The notes below the pieces were generated by a model. That model searched no databases and had not been told where the DNA came from. It worked only from the letters and a program-made list of their open reading frames with translations. Positions 14,501 through 25,736 of a stretch of 64,000 bases of DNA are shown in pieces. Both the position numbers and the translations under genes were made by a program. How positions within the stretch are numbered: the first letter of the stretch is position 1; each line of letters opens with the position of its first letter. This DNA comes from Eledone cirrhosa (Eukaryota), in assembly GCA_964016885.1 (NCBI GenBank), contig OZ024740.1:416330001-416394000 (forward strand), in the 5' to 3' direction.

Positions 14501-15019
14501 TTTGTCTTAACAAAAGCAAATCTGGGCAAGAGACATCACTCTATTAGCTTCAGCATATCTCACTCTTCACAGTTGACCTATAGAAACAACATTCAGTTGT
14601 ACAGTTGCATCAAAGCAAAAGAAATGAACTAAAATCTCTAAAACAGTAAAAAAAAAAACAATGAAATTTAAAATATCCTTTGAAGAAAATAAGAGATGTG
14701 ATCATTTAAATGATAATATACTAAGAAATGATAAGTTTGTATATTCTTTAACAAGGCATTTGTGAAGATATAAAAGAGGAATAGAAATGTGAGAACTCAG
14801 TCAAACATTCCAACTTCTTTTCATACTCATTTTGTATATTTACACAAATGTTTTGTTTAAAAAATAAATCCAAACATATATTTACTACAGTTCAATCTTG
14901 GTTCAGTCATTAAAAAAATATAATTTCACTTATATTGAGAATGAAAGGTTAAAAGTAAAATCTTAAGAAAATATTGTAAAATGTTTTGTTCATTGAGATT
15001 CCATCTATGGATAGTTCTT

Positions 15020-15220
15020 TTAGATATTAATCACAAGGATATTGGCAAACTTGTCTCTGTCATTTGAAAATGCAGTTCGCAATACTGTATGTAGGGATGT
15101 ACCTATCCCATAAGCTGGCCTCATCAAAGTAGTTTGTACCAGCTGTAGAATTTGATTGGTCAGTTCATCATCAACTCCAATAAGATTTAGAGAAACATCA
15201 GTCATGAGTATAGCAGAGTT
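15020..15220 (-). CDS. Terminal coding exon of an LBP/BPI-family (TULIP lipid-binding) gene: NSAILMTDVSLNLIGVDDELTNQ...FANILVINI*
   Basis: Strong acceptor GTTTTGTTTTTCTTTCCTAG just upstream on the minus strand, phase 0, open to TAA at 15020-15022. NSAILMTDV resembles the last beta-strand of the BPI C-terminal barrel (NFLLFGADV in human BPI, from memory). Confidence 0.72.
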   Translation of the reverse strand, partial: NSAILMTDVSLNLIGVDDELTNQILQLVQTTLMRPAYGIGTSLHTVLRTAFSNDRDKFANILVINI

Positions 15221-15422
15221 CTAGGAAAGAAAAACAAAACACAGTTACAAATAGTTTCAAATATAAAATCTATCTATAATCCTGTAACCCCTAAGGGAGT
15301 CATAGAAGTGCCATATTGACATATGGCATTGCTTGGGCATTTTTAAACCTGGCAGAACCCATCTATTCTCCTTCTTCCAGAGAAGGATACAGAAAGGAAA
15401 AGAGAAAGAGATATAGAGGAAG

Positions 15423-15571
15423 AATCAACCCCAGTATTAGACTGGTACTTTTTTATCGACCTTGAATAGATGAAAGGCAAAGCTGATTTCAGCAGGATTT
15501 GCAGAAAACCAGAACAAATACCTCAAAGCATTCTATCAGATGTTCTAACAACTCTGCCAATTTGCCGCCTT
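15423..15571 (-). mobile_element. Degenerate tRNA-derived SINE (family with the GCCTTTCATC...GGTCGATAAA...GTACCAG core)
   Basis: The minus strand reads GGCGGCAAATTGGCAGAGTTGTTAG...GCCTTTCATCTATTCAAGGTCGATAAAAAAGTACCAG. Same family as the copies at 28615 and 29626. Confidence 0.75.
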
Positions 15572-15673
15572 CAAATGTAAAATAAAAATTATAAAAAATA
15601 GCACAAAATAAATATAATTATCAAAAATCATCCTGTGAAATAATTACCATATATAAATCTACTTTATTTATAA

Positions 15674-16020
15674 CTAGCATGTTTATCCCTCCTTTCTGAA
15701 ACAGTACAGAGGAGTACGGAATACCTCGGCCTCAGGATGGTGTCTACATTTTGTGCTTATAAAAAAAATTCATCGTAGATTACCAGGTTTTTTTTTTCCG
15801 TGCGAAGAAAATCAATACTTTATCGCGAAATAAATACTTTTGTTTATATTTTGTTATTGTGTTTGCAAAAATATCTGTACACGAATATATATATATTAAA
15901 ATAACAGATTAAAGTTTAAGCAAAGAATCGCTGCTTTCACCCTTAACGGGATCTTCTGAAACTAAAAAAATCAATCTGTGAACGCAGAAGTAAATATTTT
16001 GAAAAACGTTACACACTATG

Positions 16021-16051
<31 letters not shown>

Positions 16052-16371
16052 TATATATACACATATACACACACACAGATATAGCGACGTCATAATGTCA
16101 TAATGCAGACAGCCAGACATACAGACAGATATTATAAGGGCGCAACGTTATATCTATGTATCTATCTAAAAAGAAAGACTAAGAATTATAGAGAGAGATC
16201 GCTTAATGCGGTCCCTAGGGCATTGAAAATGTGAAATTTGCTTTGCTCAAAACACTCACAGGACCATAAGTATTACATGTGTAAAGTTTGAAAACAATCG
16301 GTTGGGTGGTTCTCGAGTTTTAGGGATCGGACAGACAGACAGACAGACATTCTCTGTTTTAGATATATAGA
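15674..16371 (-). mobile_element. Non-autonomous Helitron-like element (degraded)
   Basis: The minus strand starts A|TCTATATATCTAAAA, carries a subterminal (CTGT)n microsatellite and an AACCGATT motif, and ends CTAG|T. This fits an A/T insertion with TC...CTAG ends. The 3' hairpin is not clear. Confidence 0.5.
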
Positions 16372-16489
16372 TAATCCCAACTTTTTTCATATAAAGTCAT
16401 AATGTAATTCCCTCCCCTACCTTTTCCTTAGTAAAAATGCTATTTTTTTCATTGTTCGCTCACTCTGATTGATTGACAAGATCCCAAAC

Positions 16490-16715
16490 CTCACTCATCC
16501 ACTGAATAGAGTAGATCTCATCAAATTGGACCAAGGAAACAATATTTCCTTTGGTCTTTCCATTGCTGATACTATCTACCAGTCGCAACTCCTCGCAGAA
16601 GGAGCAATGTGAAATAAAGTGCCTTATTCAAGGCCAACACATCATCCGGTCTGAGAATTGAACTCACAACCTCACAATTGCGAATCCAACTCTCTAACAA
16701 CTAAGCCACGAGCTT
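16490..16715 (-). mobile_element. tRNA-derived SINE, second family, partial
   Basis: The minus strand has an A-box-like TGGCTTAGTTG, a B-box GAGTTCAATTC and the core CCTTGAATAAGGCACTTTATTTCACATTGCTCC. Homologous to 25990-26127. Confidence 0.75.
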
Positions 16716-16825
16716 GTGTATAATATGACCTTAGCTTTTAAGCAATATTGGCAGGTTTATAATAGTGAAACAATTTACCACAGGTAAAATCTTAGACATA
16801 TTTTTTACCAAATAAATATTTATAA

Positions 16826-18561
16826 TTGATCTAGATCTAGATGAAATGCAGTTCGGGTTTGTGTCAGGCAAAAGTACCACAGACGCTCTCTTCATTGTAT
16901 GACAACTACAGGAGAAGTACCTAGCTAAAAGTAAACCCCTATATTTAGCTTTTGTCGACTTGGAGAAAGCCTTCGACAGAGTCCCCCGTTCCATTATCTG
17001 GTGGGCTCTTAGAAAACTAGGTGTTGACGAATGGCTTGTGAGAGCTATACAAGCCATGTATAAAGAAACAGTCAGCAAGGTTAGAATTAACAACGAATAT
17101 AGTGAAGAGTTTAGCGTAAAAGTTGGTGTCCATCAGGGCTCTGTTCTTAGCCCCCTACTATTTATTATTGCCCTTCAGGCTATAACAGAGGAGTTCAAGA
17201 CCGGCTGCCCATGGGAACTCCTATACGCAGATGATCTAACGCTCATAGCTGAATCAATGGCCGAGCTAGAGAAGAAATTCCAAACATGGAAGAACGGCCT
17301 AGAATCAAAAGGCCTTAAAATTAACCTGGCTAAGACTAAAGTTCTAGTTTGTAGGAAAGAAAATAAGGTGCCGGTCCCTTCCGGGAAATGGCCATGCTCG
17401 GTATGTAGGAAAGGCGTAGGTAGAAACTCCATTTTATGTCCCAAATGCAAAGTATGGGTGCATAAAAGATGTAGTGGGATCACAGGTAAGCTAACTAAGA
17501 ACATAGATTTTACATGTGGCCGGTGCTCTGGTGCAATAAGTAGCAGCAAGTGCCCTCAAAATGCTAGCTCTTTCAATTGCGGAGAGGTTTCTATAGAAAT
17601 AGTGGACAGCTTCCGTTACCTGGGTGACAAAATCAGCAGTGGGGGAGGGTGCTCTGAAAGTACAGTAGCTAGAGTCAGAACTGGATGGAAAAAGTTCAGA
17701 GAGCTTATACCACTATTAGCCGCTAAAGGGTTCTCCCTAAAAATGAAAGGCAGGTTGTATGATGCCTGCATACGGACAGCAATGTTGCATGGCAGTGAGA
17801 CCTGGGCATTGTGTGCAGAGGATATACGCAGACTAGAGAGGAACGAAGCTTGCATGCTCCTCTGGATGTGTAATAGTAATATACGTGAACGGCAAAGCAT
17901 AAACGAACTAAGGAAAAAATTAGAAATAAGAGGGATCAGATGTTGTTTACTCGAGAGAAGGCTACGTTGGTATGGTCACGTGATGCGCATGAAAGACGAC
18001 AGCTGTATAACAAAGTGCAGGGCAATAAAGATAGACGGTAGCCACGGAGTAGGCAGACCCAGAAAAACCTGGGAGGAGCTGATAAATTCCGACCTCACAC
18101 ACTTACACCTCTCCAAGACAATGTCACTGGACCGAGACCTTTGGCGGTACTTAGTAATAGAGAAGACCCGCCTTACCTAAATACAAAGTAAAACCTACTA
18201 CAGTCAGTAGGCATCTCTAACAAAATACACCCCATCCTACCACCCCCACCCCATCCACACCATCCCTTTCAATGTAAAGTTATGTTGGTGCCACAACATC
18301 CAGGCCGAAACAAATGAGATCGTGTAGGTGTCACGACAAAAAAACACACAGTCCACGCTGTAATGTGGCCGTGTAGGCAACACGGTAAAAACCTCCCAGC
18401 TCCACACTGTAAATGTGGTTGGTGTTAGGAAGAGCATCCAGCTGTAGAAAACCCGCCAGACAGTCCTATGCGAGCAATGACAACCACTCTTGCCTCAACT
18501 GGGAAAACTCCCGTCCAAACCCATGCAAGCGTGGAACATGGACGTTAAACGATGATGATGA
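16826..18561 (+). mobile_element. 5'-truncated RTE LINE, same young family as copies 1-3, antisense in the host intron
   Basis: ORF 16960-18180 has the RT motifs, with upstream DEMQFGF...IV*QLQEK containing one nonsense change. The 3'UTR ends GGACGTTAAACGATGATGATG. Confidence 0.95.
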
Positions 18562-18915
18562 ATTATATCTAAATCTGTTTAGTTGCACCATACACATTTT
18601 CTAGTTTCCAGGTTTTTTTTGTAAATAGCCATTCAAAAATATGAAGAAGAATCAATTAAAACACCTGATTTGCTGATTAATTTGCTTTCGTTCATGTCAT
18701 GAGAATGTATGGTAGACTAAGGTCACCAGTCCCCCTTCAGTATGTGTGTATAATACAAATCCTCCAGTTTTTGGTGTAAACATTTTATAATAAAAATTAA
18801 CACTATACTTGAGTATATGCAGTAAATGTATTACTGTTATACAGGGTGTCTGAGTTAAAATCCAGTTTTCCGACAGGAATATATGAGGCATTTAGTAGAC
18901 TATGGATATAGGTAT

Positions 18916-19185
18916 TGTGGGTGTGGTGTGGAGTGCGGTGGCCGGAAGCTGGGGAGTGCTCGACCAGAAGAGTGCTTGACCGGAAGGGTGCTTGGCCGGA
19001 AGGGTGCTCGACCAGAAGGGCCAGCAGATCGGTCTCTCTCTAGTGGTGACCAGGAACGGTGTGGACGCGAGTTTGGCAGCTCCCGGGTGTTAATGAGTTG
19101 GACGCACGTGGAAGAGGAGAAACCAGCCATGGGATTTAGCGGTGCCTATAAAAAGCGGTAAGTGAGATAGCTTTTTCTAACCACA
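18916..19185 (+). repeat. 5' LTR (270 bp)
   Basis: TGTGGG...TAACCACA, with a 16-bp internal repeat CCGGAAGGGTGCTYGR and a TATA-like CCTATAAAAAG near its 3' end. Confidence 0.92.
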
Positions 19186-19327
19186 AGCTATTTCGGCACT
19201 GGAAACAGATCTGATTGAAAAAAAAAAAAAAAAAAAAAAAAAACTTTCTCGAAAACAAAGCTACTGGAAAAACAGAGAGGAGTCTGTTGTGTTTTTTTTT
19301 ATTATGTACCGCAAGACAAATTAGGAT

Positions 19328-20002
19328 ATGGCGACGAGACTACGAATGAGCGAAGCGATTAGGGCATTTACCGGTGAAGGTGATGTTGTCGCTTGGCTGC
19401 GAAAAGTCCGGCTGGTCGCAAGCTTACAGAAGATAGAAGATGTGGCTGGCCTCATGGCATTGTACCTCGAGGGGGACGCGTTGGTACTCTTCCTTGAGTT
19501 GGATGAACACAGCCAAAGGGATGCGCAAAAGATTGAGAGGCACATGATGGAAGCGTTCGTGGAGGGACCGTTAGCCGCTTTTGCTAAGCTGGCAAGAATT
19601 AGATGGAACGGTGAATGCGTCGACATTTTCGCAGCGGAAATACGGCGATTGGCCATATTGGCTGGATATCAGGTGGAATGCAAACGCACGGCGCGGTTGG
19701 CATTCATAAATGGATTTCCAGACGACATAGCGGTGAAACTGCAGCAAGTCCTGGGTTACAAAGAAATGGAGATGCGTTCACTGGTGGAGCAAGCCCGAAT
19801 CATAGCAGAAGATGCCAAGAAGAGTGTTGCGGCGATAGCAACTACAGAGGCTCAAGACAGCTGGCAGCGAAATGGTGAAAGGGAGGCAACCACGGCACGC
19901 GGTCGCCCGCGAACGTTTAGAGGTCGCTGTTTTAGGTGCCAGGGTCCGCACATGGCGAGAGACTGTAGAGTCAAGGCCGGAAATAATATGCTACCGGTGT
20001 AA
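19328..20002 (+). CDS. gag: Gag-like ORF of the LTR element, with a CCHC zinc knuckle
   Basis: 224-aa ORF containing CFRCQGPHMARDC. A second knuckle, CYRCK*PGHITTNC, follows in a shifted frame. Confidence 0.85.
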   Translation: MATRLRMSEAIRAFTGEGDVVAWLRKVRLVASLQKIEDVAGLMALYLEGDALVLFLELDEHSQRDAQKIERHMMEAFVEGPLAAFAKLARIRWNGECVDIFAAEIRRLAILAGYQVECKRTARLAFINGFPDDIAVKLQQVLGYKEMEMRSLVEQARIIAEDAKKSVAAIATTEAQDSWQRNGEREATTARGRPRTFRGRCFRCQGPHMARDCRVKAGNNMLPV

Positions 20003-20079
20003 GTGACCAGGCCACATCACTACTAACTGCGAGGGAAACGATCCAAGGGGAACTACTGCGCCGGTAGTTGCCCCTTACG

Positions 20080-22802
20080 AGTAGAGGCGCTGCCCGTGGT
20101 GGAAGTCTTCGTGAGGGGAAAGCCACAGCGAGCCCTCGTAGACATGGGCTGTACCACGACACTGGTGACTGCAGAGGTGGAGAGGGAAGAGCAGCGTTAG
20201 GTCAGTCGACGGCAGGAAAATTGAATGCCGAGGTCGCAGCGAGGTGGAGATGGCGGTACGGGGAAGGAAAATAAGGCTTTCTGCCATCGTAGTTGACAAC
20301 GAGGTGGATGGGATCGGCGTGGTTATGGGCATGGACGCAATTGGCCGTCTAGGAGGCGTCACAGTGAACAACGTCGGTGTGTCGTTTGGCGGCGCTGCAT
20401 CGGTATGCGCTGTGAGTACGCGACAGGAGAACCAGAAGGCCCACGAGGAGAAATACCCCGCTTACACTGTGCAGGACAAAGACTTCAAGGCCGTGTTCAA
20501 TGAGCAGCGATGGGTTGTTGAGTGGTACTGGAAGGGAGAACCACCAACACTGAAGACCAAAGTGGGCTGCTATCAACACACATTAGGAGCGAGTTCGAGC
20601 GAGAGGTAGAGAGATGGATTGAGGAGGGCATACTGCTTCCCTGAAAAGAGGAGGTGAAGTGCGGAGTATTGCCGTTAATGGCGGTGGCGCAACACACAAA
20701 GAACAAGGTGAGGCCGATACTGGACTTTCGGGAGCTGAACGAGCACGTGTCATGCCACATGGGTGGCGAGGTCACGGATGTCTGTGGAGAAACCCTGCGT
20801 GAGTGGAGATGCATGACGGGGGGTTCCGCAATCGTAGATCTAAAGTCGGCATACTTGCAATTGCATATAGATGAGAAGCTCTGGCAGTATCAGCTGGTCA
20901 GGTATAAGGGCCGGACATATTGCCTGACCAGGCTCGGTTTCGGGCTAGGCTCCGCACCGAAGATCATGGCGGTGGTCCTTAAGACCATTCTGGGAAAGGC
21001 CGACAAGATGAAGAGGGCCACTAATTCCTACATTGACGACATCCTAGTGGACGAGTCTGTAGTGTCGGCGGCGGAGGTCACGAGCCATTTACAGGGGTAT
21101 GGACTGGCTGCGAAGCCGTCAGAAGCGTTGAAGGGAGGAGCCGCGCTGGGACTTAGGCTACGGCGAGAGAGGACGGGCGTCTTGGTATTCCAGAAGGGAA
21201 ATGAAGTTCCAGAACTGGGCCCAAGTATGAGTAGGCGGGAGCTTTTCTCGGTGTGAGGAAAGTTGGTGGGTCACTACCCGATTGCTGGGTGGCTCCGGAC
21301 GGCATGCAGCTATGTCAAGAGATGAGCGGGAGGGGTGACAGAGTAGGAGAGAGGACGGTGGCCATGATGCAGGAGATCGTGGAGAGGGTGAAGGCCGACG
21401 ACCCAGTGCGGGGACGCTAGTATGTTCCCAAATCGCAGAGCGGGACCGTATGGTGCGATGCCAGCAGCATAGCGCTGGATGTCACGTTGGAGATAGGAGG
21501 TGTTGAGGTCAAGGATGCAGCCTGGCTTAGGAAGAAGGACTATTGCAACCACATCAATGTGGCCGAACTGGACGCGGTGTTGAAAGGAGTGAACCTCGCC
21601 CTGAGGTGAGGACTGCGCACCATCGAGATACGCACCGACTCGGCTACTGTACTCAGATGGGTGAGATCAGTGCTCACCAGTGAGAAGAGAGTGCGAGCGA
21701 GAGGGACGGCGGAGATGCTGATAAAGTGCCGCCTGGGAGCTTTAGGAGAGCTGGCCACCGAGTTCGACCTGAGGCTGAGCGTAGTTTTCGTGCCCTCAGA
21801 GAAAAATAGGGCAGACGTCTTAACCAGGGTGAAGAAAGCCTGGATGGAAGCGCCGGAGGAGGTAGAAGTGGAAATAGCTGCCGTGTGTCGGCTGACCGAG
21901 TCGGATCTGAAAGGGTTGCATGACATGCACCACATGGGAGTGGATAGGAGCCTGTTCCTAGTCAGGAGAATCGACTCGGACGTTAACAGACACAGTGTTC
22001 AAAGGGTGGTTAGAGGCTGCGTCCGATGTCAGTTCATTGATCCCGCCCCGGGTGTGCACGAAACGGGAAGCCTCCCGGTGGATCGCGATTGGTGGTGGAT
22101 GTAACGCACTACCGACAGGCAACGTACCTCTCGATGGTCGACTGTGGACCAGGACGGATGGCGATATGGAGGGAGATAAAGACTGGAACGGTCGAGGAAA
22201 TCATGCGGACGTTGAGAGAGGTGTTCTTGGAGCGGGGCCCTGTAGACGAACTGCTGATGGACAACAGCGCAACATTCCACTCGATGGATGGAAGGTGGAC
22301 CGTTTCTTCAGAGCAGTGCACAGGCTGAGCGGAAATGGAATTCTGGAGCGACACCACTGGACAATCAAGGCAATGGCGGAGCGGGGCCATATCTCACAAA
22401 TGGAGACAGTGTTCTGGTACAACATGTCCCCTTGGGTGGGACAGGTTGAGGAATCGGTGCCACACAGAGCACCCGTGCACGCCACCACAAGGGCCAGTGG
22501 CGAGAGAGAATGCATTCGTGCAGGTGGGCGAAGAAGTCTGGGTTAAGCCCCCAGATGCACGTTGCACATCTCAATGGGGAAGGGGAACGGTGATGGCCAT
22601 AAATTCCCAGAACAATGTGTCCGTGGACAGAGTATCATATCATGTCCTGGATGTCCGTAGAATCACTGTGTCAACGGACTCCGAGGAAGAGGAAACCCAA
22701 AGTGCCGCCCCAACACTGCGGAGATCGCAAAGAAGTCGCAAACCACCAACCTGGACAGCAGACTTTCATATGCAGAAGGACGAGGGGGAAATTGATCTTT
22801 GA
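20080..22802 (+). pseudogene. pol: Disrupted pol (protease, RT, RNase H, integrase)
   Basis: Fragments 20244-20609, 20654-21256, 21661-22104, 22089-22328 and 22335-22802 carry the motifs in order, separated by stops and frameshifts. Confidence 0.9.
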
Positions 22803-22808
22803 GATCAG

Positions 22809-23062
22809 TGTGGGTATGGTATGGTGTGCGGTGGCCGGAAGCTGGGGAGTGCTCGACTGGAAGAGTGCTTGACCGGAAGGGTGCTCGACTGGAAGGGCCA
22901 GCAGATCGGTCTCTCTCTAGTGGTGACCAGGAACAGTGTGGACGCGAGTTTGGCAGCTCCTGGGTGTTAATGAGTTGGACGCACGTGGAAGAGGAGAAAC
23001 CAGCCATGGGATTTAGCGGCGCCTATGAAAAGCAGTAAGTGAGATAGCTTTTTCTAACCACA
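22809..23062 (+). repeat. 3' LTR (254 bp)
   Basis: Matches the 5' LTR with scattered transitions and one fewer 16-bp unit. Confidence 0.92.
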
Positions 23063-23398
23063 GGTACAATTGAGTCCTTTTTAGTTTTGCTTGAGCCTGG
23101 TTATTTCCCCTTGTCTTTAAAATGCTTTAGTAATAATTTATATTATAAAATAAAAGCTTTCTCCTTTTGTCTGTCCGTCAGACATAAATGTAAAGGTGAA
23201 GAAGGGAGGTAAACCTCTTTTTAAGATCAGAAGAGAAGGGAGATAACCTATGCCATGCTTATAGTTTATTGCAATCTTAAGAATCTATAGTTTATTGCAA
23301 TCTTAAGAATCTACATGCTTTAGAGGTAATAAGATAGGGTCTGTTGGTAAAGGTGGTGGTGATCATCCAGTCGGAAGAGAGGCACCTAGTCTATTTAA

Positions 23399-23621
23399 CC
23401 CTTTAGTTAACAACCCGGCCAAAACCAGCCCTGGTTCTATGAAATAAAACCAACCATTTTAAAGGTTTCCATTTTAAGTTAAAATATTCCATATATAAGA
23501 ACCTTACATTAAGTTATTATGTTAGTAATGAAATAATTAATAATTTTAGTAAATTCCTCAAAATTCTTCACTAATTAATTATAATAGAGTGTATTTCATT
23601 AGAAATATGACCATGAAAGAG
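23399..23621. mobile_element. Possible TTAA-target (piggyBac-type) MITE relic
   Basis: TTAA|CCCTTT at the left end and AAAGAG|TTAA at the right end, AT-rich interior, degenerate TIRs. Confidence 0.4.
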
Positions 23622-23867
23622 TTAATTTATACGTCTAAATATGCTTTAAATATGCTTTTTTATATCCTAGGACTCTAGAGTAAAACTGGCCTTTCTCTTG
23701 TGATCCCTGGTAAATCGTGGGATATAATAAGTTATGTCCATATTTTGAAATATATCTTAAATTTTTTATCATTTCAAAATATCTGTCTGTTCCTGTATTG
23801 GAAAATTTTGTTTTGATTCAATAAACTTTAAACTTCTAGTTTTATTAACAGATTTTTGTGTATGTAT

Positions 23868-23903
<36 letters not shown>

Positions 23904-23904
<1 letters not shown>

Positions 23905-25478
23905 CAGATGCAATAGCAAAATTGTCACACTCACAAATTCTTAAACATTTTTTAAACGAATAAACTAATCGATTTGCAATTTTCCATGTTTCCAGGTAAG
24001 ACATCTGGCCATACTGACACCAGATTTTGCAAGTATCAGTGAAATACCTATTGAGACGTTTAGCTAGAAAGAGAACAGACTGAAATCGTTTAGGCCAGCC
24101 TCACAATGACTTCCCAACTGAGTGGGCTAAGATCATCCAGGCCTTCAGTAAGGGTACCAACATTCATTCTATGGCTTCCATCTTAAAAGTCCATTCAAGA
24201 ACCATCAAGAGATTTGTGAATAAGCTTAAGAAAGAGGGAATAGTAGAGAGGAAAACTGGATCAGGAGGTCATAACCACAAGAGGGATCATCATTTCAATC
24301 TGGAGCTGAAGAGAACAATAAGAAGCGATCCAACTCAATGCATAAGGCGCTTGGCACATGAGGGAGGAGTTTCAGCTATGACAGTCCAAAGAGCGGTGAC
24401 AGAAGACTTGAAAATGAAATCATATGTGAGACCTGTGAGGCACCTTGTTACTCCAGGACAAAAAGTTAGAAAGTTGGAGAGGGCAAAGATCTTGAACAAA
24501 GTGAAACATAATCCTTTTACACAGATGAGAAGAATTTCACCCAAGATATGCGCACAAACAGACACAACAGCTCTATTCTGACTTCAGATCCTCACAAAAG
24601 AAACAAAAATGTCATTTTCAGGTGCAAAATCCCTGCCAAATTGATTTTTGCATGCATGGTCTGTGATGGCAAGAAGATGAAATTGATCATATTTGAGAAG
24701 GCTGAGAGACTGACAGGAGTTTGTTATATTCAGGTTTTGAAAGATGTAAAGACCTGGATATTTTCTGAATATACTGAGACAAGAGACAAGGTAAACCCTA
24801 ACAAGATAGCTAAGGACTTCAAGTTTACATTCCAGCAAGATGGAGCTCCTTGTCACACAAGTGTAGTGGCTCAAACATTTCTCAAAAATGAGTTTGGGAA
24901 CAGGTTTTGGGATAAGGACACTTGACCCCCTTCATCACCTGATTTGAACCCATTAAATTTCAGCATCTGGAATGAACTGGTCAGAAAAGCTTGTGAGAAG
25001 CTCCAGAGTAACCTGCAATCCCTCAAAATCTCCAGCCGTAGGACATGGGAGGAGGACATTGATGAGGAATTCATTAAGAAAGCTTCTGGTGCAGTCAGAA
25101 AAAGGGTTGAGGAAGTCATTGCTGAAAGAGGAGCAACTATTGATGCCTAACAGGTAGGATTTTGGCCAGGATTTTATCTGGCACTTTGGAATAAACTAAC
25201 TTTAAGCTTCCATTCAAACTTTATTCCAATCATTTATGAGCTCCCAATCTTGAACTATGGTTAATTATTTATGAAAATGTCATTTTCATCAATGATCAAC
25301 TTCATCACAAATTCTTCTGGTTAGCTTGGAGAGTAATCGACATTTTTCTTGCTCAAAGTAGAATCCAATGGTTGTAGAAAGCCCCCTGACAATTCCATTA
25401 AGTTATCTTTAAGCATTCCTGAAATACAGGGGTTCAAATTTGAATCTAGAATTTGGACAATTTTGCTCATACATCCGG
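23904..25478 (+). mobile_element. Tc1/mariner-superfamily DNA transposon with a disrupted transposase (maT-like, 38-aa D-D spacing)
   Basis: TA-flanked imperfect TIRs (CCAGATGCAATAGCAAAATTGTC / GACAATTTTGCTCATACATCCGG). HTH-like N-terminus and the motifs TDEKNF, FQQDGAPCH and SPDLNPL(N)F across ORFs 24171-25150. Confidence 0.88.
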
Positions 25479-25504
25479 TATATAAATATATTATCATCAC
25501 ACAA

Positions 25505-25680
25505 ATAAGCACTCTACTCTATAATGTGGTTGTGTTAGTAACATTACAAAAGACACCCAGTCCACCCTGTAAATTGGTCGTGTTGGTGACATTACAAAAG
25601 GTGCCCAGTCCAGACTGTAAATGGTTGTGTTGGTGGCATGATAAAAAACCACCCAGTCTACACCATAAATATGGTTGTTG
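25505..25680 (+). repeat. Degenerate tandem repeat of about 49 bp, 3-4 copies, related to the RTE/SINE 3'UTR
   Basis: CCCAGTCCA...CTGTAAAT.GGTYGTGTTGGTGRCAT..AAAA recurs at about 25556, 25605 and 25652 and resembles the RTE UTR at 18335-18425. Confidence 0.65.
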
Positions 25681-25736
25681 TGTGTGTATTTTTTTATTGG
25701 CAATACTGGCAACATGTTCATCCCCAAATATATATA

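Larger units (their letters stand above)
18916..23062 (+). mobile_element. Full-length but decayed compact LTR retrotransposon, Ty3/Gypsy domain order (gag-PR-RT-RH-IN)
   Basis: TG...CA LTRs at 18916-19185 and 22809-23062, flanked by GGTAT and GGTAC (5-bp TSD, 1 mismatch). Motifs: PR ALVD(M)GC, RT LDFRELN, DLKSAYLQL and YIDDILV, RNase H DAS and HINVAEL, integrase H-H-C-C plus VDVT, MDNS and ERHH. Many stops and frameshifts. Confidence 0.93.

Noticed and set aside
18838-18915. TA-CAGGGTGTC resembling a Tc1 TIR just before the LTR element
   Set aside because: No matching right TIR was found after the 3' LTR.
23261-23312. 26-bp direct duplication ATAGTTTATTGCAATCTTAAGAATCT
   Set aside because: A simple local slippage duplication with no further structure.
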